Shown here one piece after another: positions 12,901 to 24,900 of a stretch of 64,000 nucleotides of DNA. Each line of letters opens with the position of its first letter. The stretch's first letter is position 1. The notes beneath the pieces are model-generated. The model saw only the letters and a list, made by a program, of their open reading frames with translations, made no database searches and was not told where the DNA came from. A program made the translations under genes and the position numbers. This DNA comes from Malacoraja senta (Eukaryota): positions 12,216,001 through 12,280,000 of the forward strand of contig CM075989.1 of assembly GCA_038087875.1 (NCBI GenBank), written 5' to 3'.

Positions 12901-15900
12901 CACTGATAGTAAGAGGGCTATTGATACAGCTAACCACGAATTTCTGATAAGGTAGGAAATAATGAATTTAACAAATGCAAAATTGCCAATTTTATAATTA
13001 ACATACACCATCAATTAACTTTGCTCTAACTTTTTTGTTCACAAAAACATTAAAAAAAAATAGCAAAGTCAAATTTTGGTTCAACCAAATGAATAGCTTA
13101 AATTACTCATTATTGTTGTAGCCTTAAAAATAGAAGATTTTGTGCCAAAATCCACACACTCTCAAACTCAACCCTCCTCAATATGCAAGATAATCATGTG
13201 TTGCTTCATAAAGTGAGAGTGTACAACATTGTTAAATGCAGCACATCAAGTCAATTTTGATAACGTTTGCTAAAAACAAGAAATGTATTCAGGCTACAAT
13301 TTGTTAGAACATGACAATTCAAATCTGCTCTTAAAAATCACACAAGAACATTAAAGAACACAAATGATTCTAATAGCTATTTGAAATACTCACAAGGAGA
13401 AATTCTAGTTCCTTATATATTTGATAAACGGGACTTCTCTGGTCTCCAGGTTCCATTTTGATATTCTAAATAAATCAGATACAAGGAAAGAGAAACTGTA
13501 ACTGATGAGACTTTTTTTTTTATGGCGGTTAGTTTTGAGTGAGAATACAATAACTCATTTAAAGTGCTCTTGGAAACTGATCATCACAATCTTACAGAAG
13601 ACATTATGTATGGATATTAAAAAATCAACAAGACATTGCCAAACAATTTGTAGTAAAGGGAAAGGAGGTTCCAGGACGAAGCTTCCACAAATCAATGTTC
13701 ATTTTATAGGATTTCATTATGCGAGATAATACTATAAAAATCAAATTTTGAAAGTCGATCCCAGATGGAAATCACAACCATCTTAACCTAACCTACAATT
13801 GGACAATGCATTTGGTGAAATGTGGTACTATTACAAATGTTTCCAAAGACACCATTATAAATATTGTGTGCCGTTTTGGTCTCCAAATTTGAGGAAGGAC
13901 ATTCTTGCTATTGAGGGAGCGCAGCATAGGTTTACAAGGTTAATTCCAGGGATAGCGGGATTGTCATATGTTGATAGAATGGAGCAGCTGGGCTTGTATA
14001 CTCTGGAATTTAGAAGAATGAGAGGGAATCTTATTGAAACATATAAGATTATTAAGGGGTTGGACATGCTAGAGACAGGAAACATGTTCCCGATGTTGGG
14101 GGAGTCCAGAACCAGGAGGGGCCACAGTTTCAGAATAAGGGGTTAGCCATTTAGAACGGAGATGAGGAAAAACTTTTTCACACAGAGAGTTGTGAATTTG
14201 TGGAATTCTCTGCCTCAGAAGGCGGTGGAGGCCAGTTCTCTGGATGCTTTCAAGAGAGAGTTAGATAGAACTCTTAAAGATAGCGGAGTCAGGGGATATG
14301 GGGAGAAGGCAGGAACAGGGTACTGACTGTGGATGATCAGCCATGATCACATTGAATGGCGGTGCTGGCTCGAAGGGCCGAATGGCCTGCTCCTGCACCT
14401 ATTGTCTATTGTTTATTGTCTTATTTTCCTCAGGATGGATCCTAACTGCCAAACCTCTGATCATGACTTTTTCCATCTTATCCTCTAAGAATACAAAGGG
14501 GTAGGTCGGATCAGGTCTGACCACCCCAATCCTTGCAAGAAACACAGAGCAGAGATGCTCAAACCTTGGATCAATGGATCATGTGATCTAAAGTAACTGG
14601 TTTGGGATAATCCACCACAAAGAAAGACACAATGTTGTCCAAAGTTGGATTTCATGTACAAAATCATCAAAAGTACAAATAATGGAGATCACTGAGTTAG
14701 CATTAGGGAGTGAAATGTGGTGCTGGAAACCGAAAGCCCAGGAGTCGGGTAGAGATAATTGGATTCAGATCAGGGTTCGAGGGAAGGCTGGGGGCAGCAG
14801 TAATGGAGGATGTGGAGAAAAAGGAAATGAGTTAAACATACCTTCCAGACATAAACCCAGTGGCCCAGTAACATCAGAATTGAACTAAAGCTGAAGCAGG
14901 TCACAAACCTCTCGTCAACATTTTATTTCAGCACAAAGTATGGAAATCTGACCGTTTGCAAATTCTCTCATAAATGTTTCAAGAATTTTTCAAGAAGGAA
15001 AGCTAGTTAGAGCAATGCAAAAATCTTCAGGAGTTATGGAACAGGGTAGCAGCTTGTTAAATTAAAATCAAAAGTCTTCAAAACAAAACATCTGTTCATA
15101 TACAAGTTCCCCCCTGTAATTAAACAGACACTATTGTCTTTTAGAACTCAGCTTAGGTTCACATCAGGATGTCCTAAAAGGAATTTGATTTGGAAATTGA
15201 CACCGTAATCTCGCTATTGACATTTGTAATATGCTTTAGCAAACAATGATACTTTACGGCCATCAAAACTCATTGCTGGATGCGTGATATTCTGATTTTG
15301 TATCATTGTAACGACACGGGAAGACAATAAATAAATGTTCATATTAATCAGCCTACATTGAAATTGTTTGTTTCCGTATTATGTAAAAATCAGTTTATGG
15401 AAAGTCTCATGAACCTTTACGTGATCTGGAGATCTGCCTCTATGCAGGTACAAGTGCAAGGCAGATATTTGTGCATGGAATGCCAAACTAATTTGTACAC
15501 ACTCAGACATTGGTGCACGTGGCCAGCACTTGCCCGTCATGCATATGGATATTTCCCCAGCTATAACTTTCAGATGCAATCTTCAGATCCAACTTGAAAG
15601 CTATTCTCCAAGGACAAAATTTTGGCTACCCTAAAATAGACTTCTGCTAATCTTTAGCCAGGCATAATGAAAATGAGTGTAAGAGAACAATGTATGCATT
15701 TTACACTGAAAAGCCAATGCTCCGCAGCAGTACACAGAGCAAAATTGAAGTTGATTGTCAGGATCAACAATTCCCTAATGGCTGAATACATTGCACTACA
15801 GATGTGGCAGAGTCAGCAATTTGGCATCCACAGCAAATTAAAAGTGCGGAAAAGGGATAGAACTTCCCAAATGCAAAATAAATGGTTTCTCTCCCTCACA

Positions 15901-18900
15901 CATTCATCCTCATGCCATTTGTGATAACCCTATTAGTGGTAATCATTGTGGGGGGATGATTTTTGTCTGTAAATGATATTTTATTTTGTGTCCAAGATGG
16001 CTGCCGGAGGGGAGAGTGGACGCTGGCGCGCTTTAGCAGCCGCTGCTCTCTCTTCCATATTGTGTTTTTGATTTTTGTTTTTGGATTGAATTCTGGCTTT
16101 AATTTGTGTACTCGTGATGTCTTTACTATTTATTTCATTCCGCTTACATGTTTCTACACGTTGTTAAACTTTGTAAGGTGTCCTTGAGACTTTTGAAAGG
16201 CGCCCATAAATAAAATTTATTATTATTATTATTATTATTAATTTATTTCATAACATATTGTACCAAATTAATACTTTAATAATACACATTTGCTTACCAG
16301 GGTGGCAACCGATGAAAGTGAGGGAGCTTCTAGGATATTCACCACGTCGTTCCAAGCTAAATCCACCATAATATTACTCTGTGAATCCATGATTGTATTA
16401 TCCAAAATGGAGGCACCAAACAAATCATACTGTGCATAGCCTTTGGTCGATATCTGCATCATGACAATAAACCATAACTCTGGGTACTGAAATATTAGTA
16501 CATTGAAAAAATAATTTTCAGTCAAATCCTATCTGTCGCAACCTCAGCAAAATATAAAGCTATTTATAGGTAATGAGATATTTGACAAGGTACTGCATCT
16601 GGAAGATTAGATTGCATGGGACCCAAGGCAATATAACCAGTTGGATACAAAAATGGCGTGAAGGTAGGAAACAGAGGGTGGTACCAGATTATTGTTTTTC
16701 AGACTGTAACAAGTGGTGCACCACAAGGATCAGTACTGGGTCCACCGTTGCTCTTTATTAATATTAATGATTTGGATGGGAATGTATTTGCCATAGCTGG
16801 TAAATTTGTGTCTGACAGTAAAATTGGTAGTGTAGTGGGCAGAGAAGGTGGTCTATGATTACAATAGGATCCTAATCCTGATCAACTGAGCGAAAGAATG
16901 GCAGATGGAGTTTAATTCAGATAAATGGCAGCAGCATTTGGCATGCTTCGCAGTTTGGCACATAGGTCAGGGTTTTGTGTAGAGTTGGCATGTTATGTTT
17001 TAGCTGAACTGGACGTTGACAAGACCGCATAAAGCAAATCTGGATAGGTTGGATCGTTTTCCTTTCAAACTAGCGGGAGATCTTACAAAGCTACATAACA
17101 TTATGAGGGACATATATAAGATGACTCGCCACAGTCTTTATCTCCATAGTGTAGGTGAGTCTAAAACTAGAGGTATAGGTTTAAGGTGACTTTTAAGGAG
17201 CAACTTTTTCCACACATAGCCTGGTGTATACAGATGAGGAGGAAATGGAGAAGTGGGGAAGACTTATTGCATATAAAAGTGCTTAGACGGGTACATGGAT
17301 AGGAAAGGAATATGGGACAAACGCAGGCAAGTGGGGCTACCTTGGTTAGGCAACTTGGGCAGCATGGACAAAGTGGGTTAAAGGGCCTGTTTCTGTGCTG
17401 TATAGGTCAGTGACTCCATGGGTCTCTGCTATTCAACAGTCATTTTGCACACAGAAATATTGTAGATGGAGACAGCATTCTGCATGCATATTAGCTGCTC
17501 AGTTTTCCGTAATCCAACTATCACTGAACTGTAAAAATGATTTAATTGACCATAAAAAATGTTAGCACATCCTGAGTTTGTGACAGTAATGTAATTTATA
17601 AATCACTACAACATCTAAATATATGTTTGCACACTTCTAAACTCCTAAAAAAAAAATCTATACAAAATTTAATAAATACTGGTAAAATACTACACTCTGG
17701 AAATAAGAATTTAAAACCCCCCAGAAAATTCTGGAAAGCTGAGGAGGTCAGCTGCATGTGTAGGGAGGGATAAAGAGTTAGTGTTTCAGGTTATGACCTC
17801 AATTTATGATTACAGGAGCGGTGGATCCAAGCAACCAGACCAAGGAATTACGTACATAATCTTGATTAAAATTGAAAAGAGTTTAACAACAAAACCAGAG
17901 GCTTAACCTTCTCAACATCTTCAACATATTTTAAAATTTGAAGCTTTATCAAAGTCATTTATAATTGAAAAGGGGCAAGAATACCTACAGCAGAACAAAG
18001 ATGTCTGTCCTTGTGTGTAGTTTTCAAACTTTCTAAGGTTGTGAAACTGTTTTTGTCAACAATTGGTCCTAAAAGAATGAGGAATTACAGTCAAACACAA
18101 AATGGTCTTTGTGCGTTCTATAAACTATAAACTTAAAGATTAAAAGAATCAGCATATTTATGATAATTTCACAATCTAATCTGCTGACAAAATAAACTAT
18201 ATTTTATATTTTTTATACTTAAATTTACCACCAAACTATTCCATTAAGTTTTATATACTATATATTAAATGGTGGGCCAAATGGCTTCCTTCACTGCCTT
18301 AACAAGTCTAATACTCTACTCACCAAGATCAAATGTAATGCTTTAGTGAATGGTAACTGAAGATTAAGAGGCAATTGACATGTGTGTTGATGTGGGAAGA
18401 AAGAATATTGCAGCATCTGTGGTAGTTCAAAAGAGTCTCAAACAAAGTTAATTCCTGGGTTGAGAGGATTGCCTTATCAAGAGGCTAAAGCAGATGAGAT
18501 CTGTACTACATGGAGTTCGTGGAGCTGTGATCTTATTGAAATTTATAAGATCCTGAAGGGGCAGGACAGGGTAAAGGGTTGAGATGTTTTTCCTTGTTGA
18601 ATGAGGGACATATTTTAAAGATAAGGGTGATAGTAGTCATTTAAAACCATCTTCTGTGACTAGTGACTCATTGGAATTCTCTGCCCCAAAGAGTTGATGA
18701 GGTTACTCATTAGAAATATTTTTTAGTGCAGGTTGATACATTTTTGAAAGATTGAGGGATCTGGCACTGATAAGAAAGTTAGGCCAAGGATTGGTCAGCC
18801 AGGATCATATTGAATGGAGGGGCAGGTTTGAACGGCCAATTATTTTTAAAAGGGCTATGATGACATCTCACCAGTGCACGTGACAATATGAAAAATCATT

Positions 18901-21900
18901 GGCATAACCTCTTTCCAGGCTTTAACAATTTCAGCTCTTCAAACTGCCTTCAGTGTCAGAGCCATCACATCTCACCCACAGTAGACACGCTGTGACGTGC
19001 AGATTATGGGCCAGGGTGGACCAGAAAACCAACTGCACTTATTCTCTTCTATTCTTCTAGTGCAGGGGTCGGCAGCCTACGGCCCCTGGGCCGAATGCGG
19101 CCAGTAACCCGAAATCATCCGGCCCGCAGGCGGATTTTGTTTCCTGTATTCATCCGGCCCACCAATCACCTGCCCTGAGCGCGGCCGAGCTCTGGCTGTA
19201 CCGCATCCTGTGCAAAGCCGCCGGCACAGCCGCGCACCTTCTGCAAACACGTTTAAGAAAGAACTGCAGATGCTGGAAAAATCAAAGGTAGACAATAATG
19301 CTGGAGAAACTCAGCGGGTGAGACATGCAAGGATGCCTCACCCGCTGAGTTTTTCCAGCATTTTTGTCTACCTTCTGTGAACACGTGATTTGATGCCTGC
19401 CATCCGGGGAAGGATCCATGTGTACACGTGATAGATGTGACCCGCCATCCGCTCACAGACATGCGTCCCGGCCCCTGTGCAGAACAAGGTTGCCGAACCC
19501 TGTTCTAGTGGTTGCATTTTTATGATGTGTATTCAACCCATATTTGAATGGAACGTATTGATTTTAACTTGTTAGGCTGCAATTACACCTCCTAGTGAAA
19601 ACGGACTCAGCTAATATTTAATGCAATTATTTTAAAAAGGGCTATCATGCCATCTTACCAGAACATGTGACTATGTGGAAAATCATTGAAGCAATCTCTT
19701 TCCCAGTTTTAATGGGTTCCGCTCCAAACCAAACAGTGCCTTCAGAGTCAGAGGCATCACATCTAACCCACAGCGAAGGAAACGTAGTAGGCACGATGCA
19801 GCTGGTCATTTGTGACATGTGCGGATTATGGGCCAAGGTATACCAGGAAACTAGTTGTCTGTGAGGAGGAAAAATAAATAGATAAACATTGTAGATGAGA
19901 AAGTAATACAAGAAGTAAACTTAGATTTAAGTCAAGTGTGTCATAGATACTAGCCTCAAGAAACTTCCAATCTGGCTTATTTAAAAATACCACAGTGCTA
20001 GAGTAATCCAAGGGGTCAGACAGCATCTATGGAGAACATGGATAGGCCAAGTATTGGCTCAGGATCTTTCTTCAGACCAATTGTGATTGTGAGGGAGGGA
20101 GAAAATGCTGGAAGAGAGGTGGATGTGGGACAGGTGCAGGGTCTAGAGAATATTGCTTTGCATCATGGCCTGGTTCGACAATTTGAATTTCCAGAAACAA
20201 AGCAGTTTACAAAAAGTAATACATGCTGTCCAGTCCATCATAGGTAATGGTCTCCCCACCATCAAAGGGGTGCTCAAAAAGGCAGCTAGCATCATCAAGG
20301 ACCACACTATCCTGGCCACATTCTCATTTCACTCAATACTGGGAAGAGGATATAGGAATCTGAAAATCATGACCTCCAGGTTCAGGAAGGGGAAAGGGAG
20401 AAATCGGTCCACATCTAGTCAAGGCACAGGGAACAGATGAGGAGAGGAGGGGGAGGGTGGAAGGGATTTGTTTGGAGATTAGTTACCGCTAATTGGAGAA
20501 TTCAATGTTAAACCTAATTCAACGTTAAATGTGTGGCAGAACAATCACTGAACATTGAATTCACTAGATTTAGGCAATTAACCTACAGAGGGGTGGAAGA
20601 TTGCAACATTCAGGTGGTCCGCCCTGTTTCGTCGAATGCAATCAACCCGGCGTGCACAATCAAATAAGATCAAATAGAACAAGTTGTCCTACAACCTTAG
20701 GCTGTGCACGCCATACACAAGAAGAACCTACAATCCCACCTATCCCCCCTCACCCCCCCCCATCTGCACCCATTTCTCCCTCCCCCCCCCCCCTCCATCT
20801 ATATTCCTTCCTCCGGCTTCACATTTCACATCTCCTCTATCCTTATCTCATACTTTTTTATCTCTAGCCTTTGTCCAACCATCTACCAAACATCTCCTAT
20901 CCGTGTTTTGTAGAGAAGCTGCCTGATCCTCTGAATTACTCCAACACTATGCGTCTTCTTTTTGTGTCATAGTTACTGATATTTTGATTACCGATGACAT
21001 CTGCTATCTTTGAATATTTTCATTTTGTTTTAAAGTATTTTGAAATAGCCGGACTATTTTGCAGGGGTTCAATCCTGAATCTTCAATTTCTGCTTACACC
21101 AGGTATAGCTTCCTAAAAGTCCCGCAGGACTACGGAATTGTATCATTTGTACAAAATACCCAAAAGGCCGATCGCCCAACCTAACTCATTGCAGCCCTTG
21201 CACTTTAAAACAAAAAATTTATTTTGTTTTAATTGATTAAAAATTGTTATTTTTCTCTTTGCTACCTAATGTACTTGCATATGGCTTGAATGGACCCTTG
21301 CATGGTATGATTAGACTGGGTAGGATGCAAAACAAAAATGTTCACTGTATCTCAGTACACATGACAATAATACACCAACATCAATATAGCATTTTCTTTA
21401 TAGTTGTGTTCAATCTGTGTACGTGTACCCCTTTCAGTGACTTTATTTGCTCTATACGCCCCTTGCTTGCCCTTTATTATGATTTTGAGCAAATGTAGTT
21501 AGATTGCTTGAAGATTAAATTATTAGGCTAATACCTAGCCGTTGCCCTAACAACAGATATTAATATTTTGTATGTGACAGGTACTTTTAAGGAAAATTTC
21601 TGTGTCTATCACAAAAACAAAGGCGATCAATTCCTACAAATTAGTCCTACAAACCTAACTAGCACAGAAAATTGCTAACATTTTAATTCCAATAAGACTT
21701 CCAATTATCTTTCTGCTATTAACCTTCAATATGATCAGCACCATATATCAATGATCAAATTATCCACCTTTGATATATAGATACATAGAAAATAGGTGCA
21801 GGAGTAGGCCATTCGGCCCTTCGAGCCTGCACCGCCATTCAATATGATCATGGCTGATCATCCAACTCAGTATCCCGTACCTGCCTTCTCTCCATACCCC

Positions 21901-24900
21901 CTGATCCCTTTAGCCACAAGGGCCACATCTAACTCCCTCTTAAATATAGCCAATGAACTGGCCTCAACTACCCTCTGTGGCAGAGAGTTCCAGAGATTCA
22001 CCACTCTCTGTGTGAAAAAGTTTTTTCTCATCTCGGTCTTAAAGGACTTCCCCCTTATCCTTAAGCTGTGACCCCTTGTCCTGGACTTCCCCAACATCGG
22101 GAACAATCTTCCTGCATCTAGCCTGTCCAACCCCATAAGAATTTTGTACGTTTCTATAAGATCCCCTCTCAATCTCCTAAATTCTAGCGAGTATAAGCCA
22201 AGTCTATCCAGTCTTTCTTCATATGAAAGTCCTGACATCCCAGGAATCAGTCTGGTGAACCTTCTCTGCACTCCCTCTATGGCTATAATGTCCTTCCTCA
22301 GATTTGGAGACCAAAACTGTATGCAATACTCCAGCTGTGGTCTCACCAAGACCCTGTACAACTGCAGTAGAACCTCCCTGCTCCTATACTCAAATCCTTT
22401 TGCTATGAAAGCTAACATACCATTCGCTTTCTTCACTGCCTGCTGCACCTGCATGCCTACTTTCAATGACTGGTGTACCATGACACCCAGGTCTCGCTGC
22501 ATCTCCCCTTTTCCTAATCAGCCACCATTTAGATAATAGTCTGCTTTCCTGTTTTTGCCACCAAATGGATAACCTCACATTTATCCACATTATACTGCAT
22601 CTGCCAAACATTTGCCCACTCACCCAGCCTATCCAAGTCACCTTGCAGTCTCCTAGCATCCTCCTCACAGCTAACACTGCCCCCCAGCTTAGTGTCATCC
22701 GCAAACTTGGAGATATTGCCTTCAATTCCCTCATCCAGTTCATTAATATAAATTCTAAATAGCTGGCGTCCCAGCACTGAGCCTTGCGGTACCCCACTAG
22801 TCACTGCCTGCCATTGTGAAAAGGACCCGTTTACTCCTACTCTTTGCTTCCTGTTTGCCAGCCAATTCTCTATCCACATCAATACTGAACGCCCAATACC
22901 GTGTGCTTTAAGTTTGTATAGTAATCTCTTATGTGGGACCTTGTCGAAAGCCTTCTGAAAGTCCAGATACATCACATCCACTGGTTCTCCCCTATCCATT
23001 CTACTAGTTACATCCTCGAAAAATTCTATAAGATTCGTCAGACATGATTTACCTTTCGTAAATCCATGCTGACTTTGTCCAATGATTTCACCACTTTCCA
23101 AATGTGCTGCTATCCCATCTTTAATAACTGACTCTAGCAGTTTCCCCACTACCGATGTTAGACTAACTGGTCTGTAATTCCCTGTTTTCTCTCTCCCTCC
23201 CTTCTTAAAAAGTGGGGTTACGTTTGCTACCCTCCAGTCCTCAGGAACTACTCCAGAATCTAAAGAGTTTTGAAAAATTATCACTAATGCATCCACTAAT
23301 TCTGGAGCTACTTCCTTAAGTACTCTGGGATGCAGCCTATCTGGCCCTGGTGATTTATAGGCCTTTAATCCATTCAATTTACCCAACACCACTTCCTGAC
23401 TAACCTGAATTTCACTCAGTTCCTCCATCTCCTTTGACCCGCGGTCCCTTTCTATTTCCGGCAGATTATTTATGTCTTCCTTAGTGAAGACGGAACCAAA
23501 GTAGTTATTCAATTGGTCCGCCATATCCTTGTTCCCCATGATCAATTCACCTGTTTCTGACTGCAAGCGACCTACATTTGTTTTAACTAATCTCTTTCTC
23601 TTCACATATCTATAAAAACTTTTGCAGTCAGTTTTTATGTTCCCTGCCAGTTTTCTTTCATAATCTATTTTCCCTTTCCTAATTAAGCCCTTTGTCCTCC
23701 TCTGCTGGTCTCTGAATTTCTCCCAGTCCTCTGGTATGCTGCTTTTCCTGGCTAATTTGTACGCACCATCTTTTGCTTTGATACTATCCCTAATTTCCCT
23801 TGTTATCCACGGATGCACTACCTTCCCTGATTTATTCTTTTGCCAAACTGGGATGAACAATTTTTGTAGTTCATCCATGCAGTCTTTAAATGCCTTCCAT
23901 TGCATATCCACCGTCAACCCTTTTAGAACTAATTGCCAGTCAATCTTGGCCAATTCACGTCTCATACCCTCAAAGTTACCTTTCTTTAAGTTCAGAACCG
24001 TTGTTTCTGAATTAACAATGTCACTCTCCATCCTAATGAAGAACTCAACCATATTATGGTCACTCTTGCCCAAGGGGGCACGCACAACAAGACTGCTAAC
24101 TAACCCTTCCTCATTACTCAATACCCAGTCTAGAATAGCCTGCTCTCTCGTTGGTTCCTCTACATGTTGGTTTAGATAACTATCCCGCATACATTCCAAG
24201 AAATCCTCTTCCTCAGCACCCCTGCCAATTTGATTCACCCAATGTATATGTAGATTGAAGTCACCCATTATAACTGTTTTGCCTTTGTTGCACGCATTTC
24301 TAATTTCCTGTTTGATGCCATCCCCAACTTCACTACTATTGCTAGGTGGCCTGTACACAACACCCACCAGCGTTTTCTGCCCCTTAGTGTTTCGCAGCTC
24401 TACCCATACCGATTCCACATCCTCCAAGCTAATGTCCTTCCTTTCCACTGCGTTAATCTCCTCTCTAACCAGCAACGCTACCCCACCTCCTTTTCCTTTC
24501 TCTCTATCCCTCCTGAATATTAAATATCCCTGGATGTTCAGCTCCCAGCCTTGGTCACCCTGGAGCCATGTCTCCGTGATCCCAACTATATCATAATCAT
24601 TAATAGCTATCTGCACGTTCAACTCATCCACCTTATTACGAATGCTCCTTGCATTGAGACACAAAGCCTTCAGGCTTGTTTTTACAACGCTCTTACCCCT
24701 TATAAAATTATGTTGAAAAGTGGCCCTTTTTGATTTTTGCCCTGGATTTGTCTGCCTGCCACTTTTACTTTTCACCTTGCTACCTATTGCTTCCGCCCGC
24801 ATTTTACACCCCTCTGTTTCTCTGCTCACCCATTTAAGAACCCCACCATCTCTTATTCTCTGTTTATTATTGTTTTCTTCTTTCCCCCCTACATGTTGGG

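Noticed and set aside
18086..18120. Weak resemblance to the 3' half of ZWILCH exon 6
   Set aside because: Too short and gapped to distinguish from chance.
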